The position numbers and the translations under genes are program-made. From NCBI GenBank assembly GCA_946624005.1, contig CAMORS010000004.1, positions 3,839 through 67,838 of the forward strand: a stretch of 64,000 bases of DNA. Reading direction: 5' to 3'. The notes under the pieces were generated by a model, which saw nothing but the letters and a program-made list of their open reading frames with translations, did not search any database and had not been told where the DNA came from. The DNA is from an uncultured Prevotella sp. (GTDB taxonomy: Bacteria > Bacteroidota > Bacteroidia > Bacteroidales > Bacteroidaceae). Positions 31,479 through 42,154 of the stretch are shown here, in pieces; position 1 is the stretch's first letter, and each line of letters begins with the position of its first letter.

Positions 31479-32519
31479 TCACAGCCAGTGGTTGTCTTTA
31501 TACCATTGGATGGTCGTGGGAACACCGACGGCGAGTGGCCACTGCGGGTCGTAGCCCAGCTCGTCGCGTGCGGGCTGGATGTCACACTTCCAGTTGCGCT
31601 GCCGCAGAATGTGATACTTGTCGTTGTTCAGGGCACTGATGCGGCCTGTCAGTCTGCCAAAGCATTCACCGAAGAACGTTCCGACGCGCAGCACCCACAG
31701 CGGTGCCTTGATGCGCAGGCAGAAGGGGTGGCCCAGCTCCTGGATGATCAGGTCGGAGAAAGCTTTCGACGAATAGACATTGCCGTCGGTGAGGAAGTAC
31801 TTCCTACCCGATGCTCCTCTCTCCAAGGCGAGGAAGACCGCCTGCACCACGTCGAGCACATAGACGAAGGTGATGACCTGCGGTTTATAGCCCACGGCGA
31901 AGTCGACATGCCCCTTGATGCTCTTGGCCATGAGGAAGTAGTCGCGCTCGCGCGGTCCGTAGACGCCTGTGGGTCGCAGCACGATGTAGGGGAAGGGCAG
32001 CTGCGCCTGGTCGAGCCATTGCTCCGCCTCGTATTTGCTCTTTCCGTAGGCCGTGTTGGGCTGCGGTGTGTCAAGGTCGCAGATGTCGCGATAGGGGATG
32101 TCTTCGTGGATGGGGCCGAAGATGCTGAGGCTGCTCAGGTAGACAAATCGTTTTAGAGGAGAGAGATTAGCATTCGAGGGTGCGGGGGTGCGGGGGTGCG
32201 AAGGTGCGAGTTGGGCAAGCGCATTGGCCAGATTGATGGTTCCTTGCGTGTTGATGCGTCGGAAGTCGTCGCGGCAGACGCATTTCGTCACGCCGGCGGC
32301 ATGTACGACATAGTCGAAGCTATGCCCGCTGAGCTGTTTGACGAGCTTCTCCTCCGACGAGAGGTCGAGCTCGATGAAGTGGATTCGCGGGTCGGAGAGG
32401 TATTGTCGGGAGCTGCTCTTGCGCACAGCGGCCCATACCTCCATATCACGCCGTAGGGCTTCCTCGACAATGAAGCTGCCGATGAAGCCCGAAGCGCCTG
32501 TTATCAAGATTTTCTCCAT
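31479..32519 (-). CDS. NAD-dependent epimerase/dehydratase (SDR) family protein
   Basis: ITGASGFIG, HAAG, YGKSK, RPTGVYGP. Confidence 0.92.
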   Translation of the reverse strand: MEKILITGASGFIGSFIVEEALRRDMEVWAAVRKSSSRQYLSDPRIHFIELDLSSEEKLVKQLSGHSFDYVVHAAGVTKCVCRDDFRRINTQGTINLANALAQLAPSHPRTPAPSNANLSPLKRFVYLSSLSIFGPIHEDIPYRDICDLDTPQPNTAYGKSKYEAEQWLDQAQLPFPYIVLRPTGVYGPRERDYFLMAKSIKGHVDFAVGYKPQVITFVYVLDVVQAVFLALERGASGRKYFLTDGNVYSSKAFSDLIIQELGHPFCLRIKAPLWVLRVGTFFGECFGRLTGRISALNNDKYHILRQRNWKCDIQPARDELGYDPQWPLAVGVPTTIQWYKDNHWL

Positions 32520-33256
32520 TAGAACTTATACTTATAGCCGAGGCCGATGATGTGCATGTTGGGATCGTCGTCGTGGCTGTCGAGGTAGCGGTAGAAGGCA
32601 CTGACGACGTGCTGCTTGGTCAGTTTCCAGTCGGCACCAGCCGTGTAGCGTATCTTCTGCAAGCCGCCCTTGGCGTTGTACAGCTCGACGCTGGCATAGG
32701 GGTCGATCTTGCATTTTGGGATGTCGTATTCGGCCTGCAGGCGCGAACGGAGCACATACTGTGCCTTGCCATCCTTCGTCTTTTCCTCCCATTCGTCGTC
32801 GTCGATGTCATAGCGGTCTGCGGTGGTCTCCGGGCGGTATGTGTACTGCCAGCGTTCGCGCAGCGAGAAGTCGATGCGCCCGAGTCGCAACTCTCCAGTC
32901 ACCGAGGCGAACAGGCGGTGCTTGGTACACCACCAGGCGGGTGTCCATTTGTTGGGATCTACGCCGTTGTCCTTCCACGACGTCTCGTCGTCGTTCAGCA
33001 CGCGCATGAACTTATAGCCCGCGTCAATCTTCAACCATTTCAACGGTTTGTAAGTGGCCGAAGCCGCTATGGTCCAGCGGTCGGTGGCACCGAAGTAATC
33101 GCGCAAGCGATACTCTGCTTCGGCTGCGATGTTCCACTGCTTGTTGATTTTCTTCAGCACCTCGACACTGGTCCACAGACCCGTCTCGGTGTCGCTTTGG
33201 GCCATCATTGGCAGCATCATGAAGGCTGCCAAGGCCGTTAACAATAACTTTTTCAT
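32519..33256 (-). CDS. DUF2490-like outer-membrane beta-barrel protein
   Basis: Signal peptide, SLRERWQYT, LRSRLQAEY, terminal YKF; next to DUF4956/VTC. Confidence 0.75.
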   Translation of the reverse strand: MKKLLLTALAAFMMLPMMAQSDTETGLWTSVEVLKKINKQWNIAAEAEYRLRDYFGATDRWTIAASATYKPLKWLKIDAGYKFMRVLNDDETSWKDNGVDPNKWTPAWWCTKHRLFASVTGELRLGRIDFSLRERWQYTYRPETTADRYDIDDDEWEEKTKDGKAQYVLRSRLQAEYDIPKCKIDPYASVELYNAKGGLQKIRYTAGADWKLTKQHVVSAFYRYLDSHDDDPNMHIIGLGYKYKF

Positions 33257-33278
33257 TGCTTCTCTCTCCTATACATTA

Positions 33279-33941
33279 TTATAATAAGGTAACTTTTGGC
33301 ATTTTGAGCATGGTGTCGACGCCGTTGCTGTGCTTGTCGTCGCCGACATAGTAGATCTTCAGCATCGCCGTGTCGCGGAGGAAGTCGACGGCCCCCACCT
33401 CCACTTTCTTGACTTGCAGGCCGAGACGCTGTTCGAGGTCGGCCTTCAGGTCGGCATAGCGGTCAGGAGCAATCAGCTCGATGCGGTCGTACTGCACCAG
33501 CTTGACGGGTTGCATGCGCAGGAATCGTTCGCACAGCCAGATGGCGGCGACGACGATGAGGTTGGTCGTCAGCAGTTCGGCGAGCGACAGTGTGGAGCCC
33601 AGGGCATTGACCACCGAGAGGGAGATGAGCACGAAGAGGTAGGTCATCTCGCGCACGGGCATCGTGTCAGTCCGGTAGCGCATGATAGAGAAGATTCCGA
33701 ACAGTCCGATACCGATGCCGATGCCTGTCTTTCCTTTCATATCCTCGAGCACGAAGATCATGAAGAACACGAGGAAGAAGATGGCGATGGCGATGAGCAT
33801 GAACGTGAAGTAAAAGTCGCGCCGACGACTCTTCGTGTAATATAGGCGGTCGATGATGAACCAGTTGACCGCAACAGAAATTAGGAACCTCACCAGCATG
33901 TGGGCGAAGTCGGCTGTGAATAAGCTTGCTATTGTATCCAT
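33279..33941 (-). CDS. DUF4956 family membrane protein
   Basis: GLFGIFSIMRYRT, REMTYLF, DLEQRLGL. Confidence 0.85.
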   Translation of the reverse strand: MDTIASLFTADFAHMLVRFLISVAVNWFIIDRLYYTKSRRRDFYFTFMLIAIAIFFLVFFMIFVLEDMKGKTGIGIGIGLFGIFSIMRYRTDTMPVREMTYLFVLISLSVVNALGSTLSLAELLTTNLIVVAAIWLCERFLRMQPVKLVQYDRIELIAPDRYADLKADLEQRLGLQVKKVEVGAVDFLRDTAMLKIYYVGDDKHSNGVDTMLKMPKVTLL

Positions 33942-33993
33942 AGTTTTACTCCTTTCTTTTACTATCCCAATTGTTATTTAATTTTCTAATTCT

Positions 33994-34743
33994 TTAATTA
34001 TCCAACAGTTTCTCCACGTCGTGTAGTTTCGGCTTGAAGCGATTGATTCTGAGAGAAGGATTGGTCAGCGCCGACCCCATGCAGTATTTGCTGAACCCAT
34101 GAGGATGGATGCGCAGCTGGCGTAGCATGTCCAGCACGGGAGACGGCTGGAGTCCGTCGCGTTTCAGTTCGATGATGACCAGCGGGTTCATTTCGCATTG
34201 TTGACCGCTGACGATGTTGTTGAAGCAGAGCTCGGTGTCGATGGTGAGCCGCTCGGTGAGCTGTTTGTTCACCAAGGTGATGCGCCGGAAGGCGTTCTCG
34301 ATGGTCGGAACGAGTCCGTCGGCATCATATCGCAGTGTCTGGCTCAGGAAGTCGCGCTGCTCTTTTCCTATCTCCCTGCTGTCTACACGTATGCGCTTCT
34401 TCTTCGTGCGTCCGTGGTTGTTCTTTGTCTTTACTTCGAGAAAGTGGAGGTCGGAGCCGACATACGAGCGGAAACGCATCTTCTGGCGGTTGGCATGACC
34501 ATGCTGATGGACATAGAACATATCGAACCCCCTTGTGTCGTAATAGAGTGTGCGGTAGAGCATATTTCGCTCAGCGTTCGTCTCCTGGACGTGATATTCG
34601 TTGCGTGCCATTTCCAACAATAGCAGAAGCATATCGGTGGTGGTGATGAACTTCGTGTCGATACGGTTCATCAGCCTGATGCCTTTCATCTCTTCGAGAG
34701 TGATGGGGCTGTAGGATTCCAAGAGCTGCTGTATGTTGTCCAT
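33994..34743 (-). CDS. VTC/polyphosphate-polymerase-domain protein
   Basis: LMNRIDTKF, YYDT, FLEVKTK, ERLTID, IIELK, FSKYC. Confidence 0.88.
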   Translation of the reverse strand: MDNIQQLLESYSPITLEEMKGIRLMNRIDTKFITTTDMLLLLLEMARNEYHVQETNAERNMLYRTLYYDTRGFDMFYVHQHGHANRQKMRFRSYVGSDLHFLEVKTKNNHGRTKKKRIRVDSREIGKEQRDFLSQTLRYDADGLVPTIENAFRRITLVNKQLTERLTIDTELCFNNIVSGQQCEMNPLVIIELKRDGLQPSPVLDMLRQLRIHPHGFSKYCMGSALTNPSLRINRFKPKLHDVEKLLDN

Positions 34744-34880
34744 CTTTGCTAAAGTTTTTAAAATAGGAGCAGAGAAACAAACTCAAAAAAAATAAATGAA
34801 ACATAATGAGTGAGAAGACAATGTAAGAGTTCGTCTCTCTGGCTCCTTTTTATTATCACCCTGAATAACTATCTCGCTTG

Positions 34881-34888
34881 CAAAGGTA
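34881..34888 (-). promoter_or_regulatory. -7 element TACCTTTG for the VTC operon
   Basis: TAnnTTTG on the minus strand upstream of 34743. Confidence 0.55.
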
Positions 34889-34952
34889 ATACAAATTTCG
34901 TAATATGCAAAATATCTTCAGCATAAACCACTTTTTTTTCAACAAATCGGCT

Positions 34953-35369
34953 CTACGGCTCTCCATTTTGAGCTGTTTCCCGATGGAGAATTTCTTGAAT
35001 ACGGCTTATCTTGCTTTGCCTGTCAAAGGAGAAGGTGCGGCTGTTTCGGTCGATGAAGACGAACATCTGCATGGCCCGCTCGAGCAGCATCTGGCGCATA
35101 GGCCCTGTCTTGACTTCCGTCTCGGCGTAATAGAGTTCGGCGAGCATCTCCATGCGGTAGAGACGTTCCTCCACCGGCCACTGGGTGAAGGAGTCCATCA
35201 CGTCGTCCATCGTGGCGGTATGATAGAACACATGGTCGCCAACATAGCTGTCGTAGAGCTCGAGAATCTTCTCTTGCTTCTTCTTGACATCTTTCTGCCG
35301 GCTGACATACAGCTGCAGGGCTTCCATAAACTCGCGGATAATCCGCATGATATAGTCTTGTTGAATCAT
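34953..35369 (-). CDS. Hypothetical helical protein (DUF6483-like N-terminus)
   Basis: MIQQDYIMRIIREF start; follows the C1 peptidase. Confidence 0.7.
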   Translation of the reverse strand: MIQQDYIMRIIREFMEALQLYVSRQKDVKKKQEKILELYDSYVGDHVFYHTATMDDVMDSFTQWPVEERLYRMEMLAELYYAETEVKTGPMRQMLLERAMQMFVFIDRNSRTFSFDRQSKISRIQEILHRETAQNGEP

Positions 35370-35395
35370 TCTGTCGAGTCGGCTGTTAGGTTTTG

Positions 35396-36436
35396 TCAAA
35401 GCTGAAAGGCTTCCTGCGTCATCCATACGCCGATGGTCTTGGCGCGCAGGTAGTTCTCGCTCATGTACATCAGTCCGCCGAAGGGGTTGTCCGTACCCCA
35501 CGAGTTCTTGCAGATGAAGTATTTCTTCCCTTTTGGCGTGCGGGCGATGCCCACTATTTCCATACAGTGGTCGTCGGTCGTGGTGAATCGTTCGAAGTCG
35601 CGCTGCCTCGTCTCCTGCGTTACCTCCTGACGCTCGTCGGCCATGCGTGCAATGCCTCTCTCGAAAGAGAACAGCGCCTCGCTGGTGTCGCCTTCCCAAC
35701 AGACGGGATGACCGCCGCGAAGGGCTCGCTCGATGTGTGTCGTGAGCGTGTCGATAGGCAGGTTCAGGAATGGGTAACGCCCGTGGTTGTCGGGCACCTC
35801 CAGGGCGAACTGCTCACCGAAAGGATGGTGTGTGAAGCTGGTCAGCGCCACGTATTCGTCTTCCTGGCAGACACTTCGTGCAAACTCCTGCGGCGTATAT
35901 TCTGCTCCGTACATGAATACATAGCGCAGGTCGGGCCGTATCTCGTTGTCGAGCAGACGGGCCAGGTCGCGTCGTAGCTGTTTCACGCCCGTGCGTTTTT
36001 TTATAGAGGTGTTGACCAGTTCTTCTACACGACGCATCAACACGTTGTAGTTGACGTCGCTGCGGTAGGCATCGTACTGGCATGTACCATAGCGCATGAG
36101 CAGGTCGACGAGCTGCGAACAGACACCACGCATGACGATGGGCTTTCTGCCGTCCGACAGGTAGTGCTGTTCGGCCTGCATCTCCAGCATGCGTCGTGCC
36201 ACGAAGTGAGGCGAAAGGTTCACCGAGTCGCCACGCATGAGGTGCTCGCTCTCTATCGTGGCCAGCATGGCATACATCCAGCAAAGCGAACTGTGCCCCT
36301 GGTCTTTCACTGGTGTGTAGCCAACGATGCATTCCGTCTGCGGAGGCGACTGCATGTTGCCTTCGTTACCTTTTTGGCGGTTGCACGCTGTCAGCATGAC
36401 CACCAGTGTCAACATCAATGCTACGCTTCTCACCAT
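35396..36436 (-). CDS. C1 family cysteine peptidase (aminopeptidase C-like) lipoprotein
   Basis: Lipobox LTAC, PVKDQG..LCW, TTDDHCM, KNSWG. Confidence 0.9.
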   Translation of the reverse strand: MVRSVALMLTLVVMLTACNRQKGNEGNMQSPPQTECIVGYTPVKDQGHSSLCWMYAMLATIESEHLMRGDSVNLSPHFVARRMLEMQAEQHYLSDGRKPIVMRGVCSQLVDLLMRYGTCQYDAYRSDVNYNVLMRRVEELVNTSIKKRTGVKQLRRDLARLLDNEIRPDLRYVFMYGAEYTPQEFARSVCQEDEYVALTSFTHHPFGEQFALEVPDNHGRYPFLNLPIDTLTTHIERALRGGHPVCWEGDTSEALFSFERGIARMADERQEVTQETRQRDFERFTTTDDHCMEIVGIARTPKGKKYFICKNSWGTDNPFGGLMYMSENYLRAKTIGVWMTQEAFQL

Positions 36437-36455
36437 TCGTGTACGTTTGAAGGTG

Positions 36456-36566
36456 CAAAATTACTAATTTATTCTGGATTGCGCAAATATCTTTCTTTAA
36501 ATCACTTCAATTTATGTCGATTTTTTCGTTTTTCGCTTTTCGTCTCATTTTTTTTATGTACCTTTG
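36456..36566. promoter_or_regulatory. Divergent promoters: TAATTTTG (minus, 36456-36463) and TACCTTTG (plus, 36559-36566)
   Basis: Two TAnnTTTG matches between divergent genes. Confidence 0.6.
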
Positions 36567-36590
36567 CAAAAACATACGACAGTTACAGCT

Positions 36591-38813
36591 ATGGCAAAAG
36601 GAAAAAACAAAGGCAAACGCCTGACCAAGAAGCAGATGGTGGAGTTGGTCTCTGCATTGTTTCAGCAGAACCCCGCCACATCGTTCTCCATGAAGCAAAT
36701 ATTCAAGTTACTCCATTTGGATACACATCCGGCAAAGATGCTATGTGTAGACATCCTCGAGGATATGGCCTGGGACGACTATCTGAAGAAGGAAGCCGAA
36801 AACCACTACCGCCTGAACATGCAGGGGCAGGTGGCCGAAGGAACGTTCATCCGTAAGGCCAACGGCAAGAACTCGTTCCTCGCCGATGGTTCTGACAAGC
36901 CCGTCTTCGTGGCGGAGCGCAACTCGATGTTCGCCCTGAATGGCGACCGGGTGCGCGTCACGATGATGGCCCGCCGACAGAAGCATATCAAGGAGGCCAT
37001 GGTGACCGAAATACTGAAACGTGCCCACGACCAGGTGGTGGGACGGCTCAAGGTGGAGCGCGACTTCGCCTTCCTCATCTCCGACAACAACACGTTCGTC
37101 CACGACGTGTTCATCCCAAAGCGCAAGCTCAAGGGTGGCAAGACAGGCGACAAGGCTGTGGTGAAGATAACCGAGTGGCCGTCGATGGAAAGCAAGAACA
37201 TTGCGGGCGAAGTGGTCGACATCCTGGGTAAGACAGGTGAGAACAACGCCGAGATGCACGCTATCCTGGCACAGTATAACCTGCCTTACAAATATCCGAA
37301 GAATGTTGAGGAGGCCGCCAAACGTATCGAGCCGGGCATAACGCCTGAGGAGATAGCCCGCCGCGAAGACTTCCGCGACGTGCTCACCTTTACCATCGAC
37401 CCGAAAGACGCCAAGGACTTCGACGATGCGCTCTCGTTCCGGATGATCGACAAGGCGAAAGGGGGAAAGGCTAACGGCTCGTCGTCTTTCTACGAAGTGG
37501 GTGTCCATATTGCCGATGTGTCGCACTATGTCAAGGAGGGTAGCGTCATCGACAAGGAGGCGCAGCGTCGTGCCACAAGCGTCTACCTCGTAGACAGGAC
37601 TATTCCCATGCTGCCCGAACGACTCTGCAACTTCATCTGCTCGCTCCGGCCCGACGAGGAGAAACTGTGCTATAGCGTGGTATTTGTGCTCGACGACGAA
37701 GCAAAGATACACTCCTGGCGACTCGTTCACACCGTCATCCGCAGCGACCGACGCTTTGCCTACGAGGAGGTGCAGGAGATTATTACTCGTGGGGACAAGG
37801 GGACGGCAGTCGGCGAGCAAAAGAATAGCTCTGAGAGTAATCTCACACCTTCGATAAACACTGCCATCCTCATCTTGAACCAACTGGCTCAGAAGTTGCG
37901 CGAACAGCGCTTTAAGAACGGGGCAATGCGCTTCGACCGCGAAGAGCTGCACTTCGACATCGACGAGAAGGGCAAGCCGACACGCGCCTACTTCAAGCGC
38001 TCGAACGAGGCTACACAGCTCATTGAGGAGTTCATGCTATTGGCCAACCGACAAGTGGCAGAGAGCATCGGTCGCGTCCCGAAAGGCAAGAAAGCCAAGA
38101 CGCTGCCCTACCGCATTCACGAGCAGCCCGACCCGACGAAGCTGGAAACGCTGCGACAGTTTATCACCCGCTTCGGCTACAAAGTGAAGACGATGGGTAC
38201 GAAGGGCGAGATATCGCGTTCGCTCAACAAGCTGATGGACGATGTTCACGGCAAGAAGGAGGAGAACGTCATCCAGATGGTGGCCCTGCGCGCTATGATG
38301 AAGGCCAAATACAGTGTCCACAACATCGGCCACTACGGTCTTAGCTTTGACTATTATACCCACTTCACCTCGCCCATCCGTCGCTATCCCGACACGATGG
38401 TGCACCGGCTGCTCACCCGATACCAGGAGGGTGGACGTTCGGCCAACAAAGACCACTACGAGGAACTCTGCGAGCACTCATCGGACATGGAACAGACGGC
38501 ACAATATGCCGAGCGCGACTCTATCAAATACAAGATGGTGGAGTTTATGTCGCAGTTCATCGGCGAGGAGTTCGATGCCCATATCAGCGGCATCACTTCC
38601 TATGGCATCTATGCCGAGATAGACGAGAACCACTGCGAGGGAATGGTGCCCATGTCCGACCTCGACGACGACTACTACGACTTCGACGAGCGCAACTACC
38701 GCCTCGTGGGTCGTCGCCGTCACCACAAATATCAGCTGGGCGACCCCATCCGCATCCGTGTGGCACGCGCCAACATCGACAAGCGACAGCTCGACTTCAC
38801 GCTCGCCGAATAA
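36591..38813 (+). CDS. rnr: Ribonuclease R
   Basis: TIDPKDAKDFDDA, HIADVSHYV, IEEFMLLAN, HFTSPIRRYPD, S1 domain. Confidence 0.96.
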   Translation: MAKGKNKGKRLTKKQMVELVSALFQQNPATSFSMKQIFKLLHLDTHPAKMLCVDILEDMAWDDYLKKEAENHYRLNMQGQVAEGTFIRKANGKNSFLADGSDKPVFVAERNSMFALNGDRVRVTMMARRQKHIKEAMVTEILKRAHDQVVGRLKVERDFAFLISDNNTFVHDVFIPKRKLKGGKTGDKAVVKITEWPSMESKNIAGEVVDILGKTGENNAEMHAILAQYNLPYKYPKNVEEAAKRIEPGITPEEIARREDFRDVLTFTIDPKDAKDFDDALSFRMIDKAKGGKANGSSSFYEVGVHIADVSHYVKEGSVIDKEAQRRATSVYLVDRTIPMLPERLCNFICSLRPDEEKLCYSVVFVLDDEAKIHSWRLVHTVIRSDRRFAYEEVQEIITRGDKGTAVGEQKNSSESNLTPSINTAILILNQLAQKLREQRFKNGAMRFDREELHFDIDEKGKPTRAYFKRSNEATQLIEEFMLLANRQVAESIGRVPKGKKAKTLPYRIHEQPDPTKLETLRQFITRFGYKVKTMGTKGEISRSLNKLMDDVHGKKEENVIQMVALRAMMKAKYSVHNIGHYGLSFDYYTHFTSPIRRYPDTMVHRLLTRYQEGGRSANKDHYEELCEHSSDMEQTAQYAERDSIKYKMVEFMSQFIGEEFDAHISGITSYGIYAEIDENHCEGMVPMSDLDDDYYDFDERNYRLVGRRRHHKYQLGDPIRIRVARANIDKRQLDFTLAE

Positions 38814-38827
38814 AAACGTTGTTCTTT

Positions 38828-40189
38828 ATGAAAAAACTCTATATCGAAACCTACGGCTGCCAGATGAATGTAGCCGACTCGGAGGTCGTCGCCGCCGTCA
38901 TGCAGATGGCGGGCTACGAAACAACCGACAGCCTCGACGAGGCTGATGCCGTATTCCTCAACACCTGCTCGGTGCGCGACAACGCCGAGCAGAAGATTTA
39001 CCATCGCCTCGATGTGCTGAACGCTATACGAAAGCGGCGCGAATCTTCCCCCCAAGGGGATAGTCAGCGAGGGACGTCCCTGATTATCGGCGTACTCGGG
39101 TGTATGGCGGAGCGGGTTAAGGAAGACCTGCTCAACAATCATCATGCCGACCTCGTGGCCGGACCTGACGCCTATCTCTCGCTGCCCGACCTTATTGCAC
39201 AGGCGGAGACTGGCCACAAGGCCATCAACATCGAGCTGTCAACATCCGAGACCTACCGCGACATCATCCCACAACGCCTTTTCGGTGCACGCATCGGCGG
39301 CTTCGTCAGCATCATGCGCGGCTGCAATAACTTCTGCCACTACTGCATCGTGCCTTACACTCGTGGAAGGGAACGCTCACGCGACGTGGAGAGCATCCTT
39401 CGCGAGGTGAACGACCTGAGCGAGAAAGGCTTCCGCGAGGTGACACTGCTCGGACAGAACGTCAACAGCTATGGCCTCTCGCCTTCAGGAAAGCCCATAG
39501 AGGGCGGCACCAGCTTCGCCCAACTGCTGCGCCGTGTGGCTCGTGAGGTGCCACAGATGCGCGTGCGCTTCACTACTTCCAACCCTGAAGACATGAGCGA
39601 GGACATCCTCTACGCCATTGCCGAAGAGCCTAACCTCTGTCCGCACATTCACTTCCCGGCTCAGAGTGGCAGCAACGAGACATTGAGGCTGATGAACCGT
39701 AAGTACACCCGCGAGGACTATCTGCAGAAAGTGGCCTCGATTCGCCGCATCATTCCAGGCTGCGGACTGTCGACCGACATCTTCGTAGGCTATTGCAACG
39801 AGACGGAAGCCGACTTCCAACAGACGCTCTCATTGGTCAGAGAGGTTCAGTTCGACTCCGCCTTTATGTTCAAATATTCCGAACGGCCGGGTACGTATGC
39901 TGCCAAACACCTTGACGACAATGTTCCCGAAGAAGAGAAGATACGTCGTCTGAATGAGCTCATAGCCCTGCAGACACAGATCTCAGCGCAGCGCAACGCT
40001 CTCGATGTGGGTCACTGCTTCGATGTGTTGGTGGAGAATTTCAGCAAACGTTCGCACGAACAGTTGTGCGGCCGTACGCCCCAAAACAAAATGGTGGTGT
40101 TCGACAAGGGCAACAACCACATTGGCGATACCGTTCGTGTCCGCATCACGGGGAGCACCAGTGCCACGTTGTTCGGCAAACCTGTTTGA
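38828..40189 (+). CDS. miaB: tRNA-2-methylthio-N6-dimethylallyladenosine synthase
   Basis: ETYGCQMN, NTCSVR, CNNFCHYC radical-SAM motif, TRAM domain. Confidence 0.96.
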   Translation: MKKLYIETYGCQMNVADSEVVAAVMQMAGYETTDSLDEADAVFLNTCSVRDNAEQKIYHRLDVLNAIRKRRESSPQGDSQRGTSLIIGVLGCMAERVKEDLLNNHHADLVAGPDAYLSLPDLIAQAETGHKAINIELSTSETYRDIIPQRLFGARIGGFVSIMRGCNNFCHYCIVPYTRGRERSRDVESILREVNDLSEKGFREVTLLGQNVNSYGLSPSGKPIEGGTSFAQLLRRVAREVPQMRVRFTTSNPEDMSEDILYAIAEEPNLCPHIHFPAQSGSNETLRLMNRKYTREDYLQKVASIRRIIPGCGLSTDIFVGYCNETEADFQQTLSLVREVQFDSAFMFKYSERPGTYAAKHLDDNVPEEEKIRRLNELIALQTQISAQRNALDVGHCFDVLVENFSKRSHEQLCGRTPQNKMVVFDKGNNHIGDTVRVRITGSTSATLFGKPV

Positions 40190-40262
40190 TAATTTCAAGA
40201 CATCGAAACATCGATAGATTGACATCCCTAATTATCGATATACCGATAATAAAATAAGATTC

Positions 40263-42152
40263 ATGAAGGAATTCCTGAAAGTATTGCGGCGATTCGTGCC
40301 GCCCTATAAGAAGTATTTGGTGCTGTCGGTAGTGTTCAACATCCTGTCGGCCGTACTGAACATCTTCTCTTTCGCTACGCTCATCCCCATGCTCAACATC
40401 CTGTTCAAGACGGGCGACGGTGAGAGTGCAACACAGCTGATGCCCTGGACGTGGAGCAATATCGACGAAGTGGCGATGAACAACATGAACTACTACGTCA
40501 ACCAGCTCATCGCTTCATCAGGAGCCACAACGGCATTGCTCGTCATCGGCATCGTCCTGGCTGTGATGACGGCTCTGAAGACGGGAGCCTACTTCCTCTC
40601 GTCGGCAACGATCATCCCCATCCGAACGGGCGTTGTCCGCGACATCCGCAACCAACTCTACCAGAAGATAACATCGCTGCCGCTCGGCTTTTTCAGCGAA
40701 GAGCGCAAGGGCGACATCATCGCCCGTATGAGCGGCGATGTGCAGGAGATAGAAAACAGCATCATGTCGTCGCTCGACATGCTCTTCAAGAACCCCATCC
40801 TCATCATCGTCTATTTCGCCATGCTCCTCGTCGTGTCGTGGCAACTGACGCTCTTCACCATCATCTTCGTTCCCATCTTCGGATGGTTCATGGGGATGGT
40901 GGGCCGTAAGCTGAAGCGAAAGAGCATCAAGGCGCAGGCACTCTGGAGCGACACGATGAGCCAGGTGGAAGAGACGTTGGGCGGACTGCGCATCATCAAG
41001 GCCTTCTGTGCCGAGACGCTGATGAACAAGAAGTTCGACCGGATCAACACAGCCTACCGCAACGACATCATGCGCGTGAACATCCGCCAGTCGATGGCTC
41101 ACCCAATGTCGGAGTTTTTGGGCACGGTGATGATTGTCATCGTGTTGTGGTTCGGCGGTATTCTGGTGCTGAACAACATGACCTTGACAGGCCCTATATT
41201 CATTTATTATATGGTCATTCTCTATTCTATCATCAATCCGCTGAAGGAGTTCTCCAAGGCAGGCTACAACATCCCGAAGGGTTTGGCTTCGATGGAGCGT
41301 GTTGACAAGATACTGATGGCCGAGAGCAACATCAAGGAACCTGCCCATCCGAAGCATATCTCGACATTCGAACATCAGATAGAGTTCCGCCATGTGTGGT
41401 TCGGATATAGCCTCACCCCCAACCCCTCTCCGAGTGGAGAGGGGAGAGATTGCGCTATTGAGCAGGAAACGTCTGTCAATTGGGTGCTGCGCGACATCAA
41501 CCTCGTCATCGAGAAAGGCAAGACGGTAGCACTTGTAGGACAATCGGGTGGGGGAAAGTCGACACTCGTCGACCTCATCCCACGCTACTACGATGTGCAG
41601 AAGGGAGAGGTGCTCATCGATGGCATCAACGTGAAAGACTTAGGTCTGCACGACCTGCGGCAACTCATCGGCAACGTCAATCAGGAGGCCATCCTCTTCA
41701 ACGACTCGTTCCGCAACAATATTTCGTTTGGCAACCAACAGGCATCGCAGGCCGACATCGAACAGGCTGCTCACATAGCCAACGCCCACGACTTCATCAT
41801 GCAGTCGGAACAGGGTTACGATACGAACATAGGCGACCGCGGCGGACGTCTCTCAGGCGGTCAGCGGCAGCGTGTGAGCATAGCGCGGGCCATCCTGAAG
41901 AATCCGCCCATCCTCATCCTCGACGAAGCCACTTCGGCCCTTGACACCGAGAGCGAACGGCTCGTACAGGATGCACTGGAGAAACTGATGAAGACGCGCA
42001 CCACCGTAGCCATCGCCCACCGCTTGTCGACCATCAAGAATGCCGACGAGATATGCGTCCTGCATGAGGGACAGATTGTTGAACGGGGCACCCACGACGA
42101 ACTGCTCGCCCGCGATGGCTATTATCACAAGCTGCACGACATGCAGCAATAA
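40263..42152 (+). CDS. MsbA-like ABC transporter (fused TMD-NBD)
   Basis: GQSGGGKST, LSGGQRQR, ILDEATSALD, AHRLST. Confidence 0.93.
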   Translation: MKEFLKVLRRFVPPYKKYLVLSVVFNILSAVLNIFSFATLIPMLNILFKTGDGESATQLMPWTWSNIDEVAMNNMNYYVNQLIASSGATTALLVIGIVLAVMTALKTGAYFLSSATIIPIRTGVVRDIRNQLYQKITSLPLGFFSEERKGDIIARMSGDVQEIENSIMSSLDMLFKNPILIIVYFAMLLVVSWQLTLFTIIFVPIFGWFMGMVGRKLKRKSIKAQALWSDTMSQVEETLGGLRIIKAFCAETLMNKKFDRINTAYRNDIMRVNIRQSMAHPMSEFLGTVMIVIVLWFGGILVLNNMTLTGPIFIYYMVILYSIINPLKEFSKAGYNIPKGLASMERVDKILMAESNIKEPAHPKHISTFEHQIEFRHVWFGYSLTPNPSPSGEGRDCAIEQETSVNWVLRDINLVIEKGKTVALVGQSGGGKSTLVDLIPRYYDVQKGEVLIDGINVKDLGLHDLRQLIGNVNQEAILFNDSFRNNISFGNQQASQADIEQAAHIANAHDFIMQSEQGYDTNIGDRGGRLSGGQRQRVSIARAILKNPPILILDEATSALDTESERLVQDALEKLMKTRTTVAIAHRLSTIKNADEICVLHEGQIVERGTHDELLARDGYYHKLHDMQQ

Positions 42153-42154
42153 TT

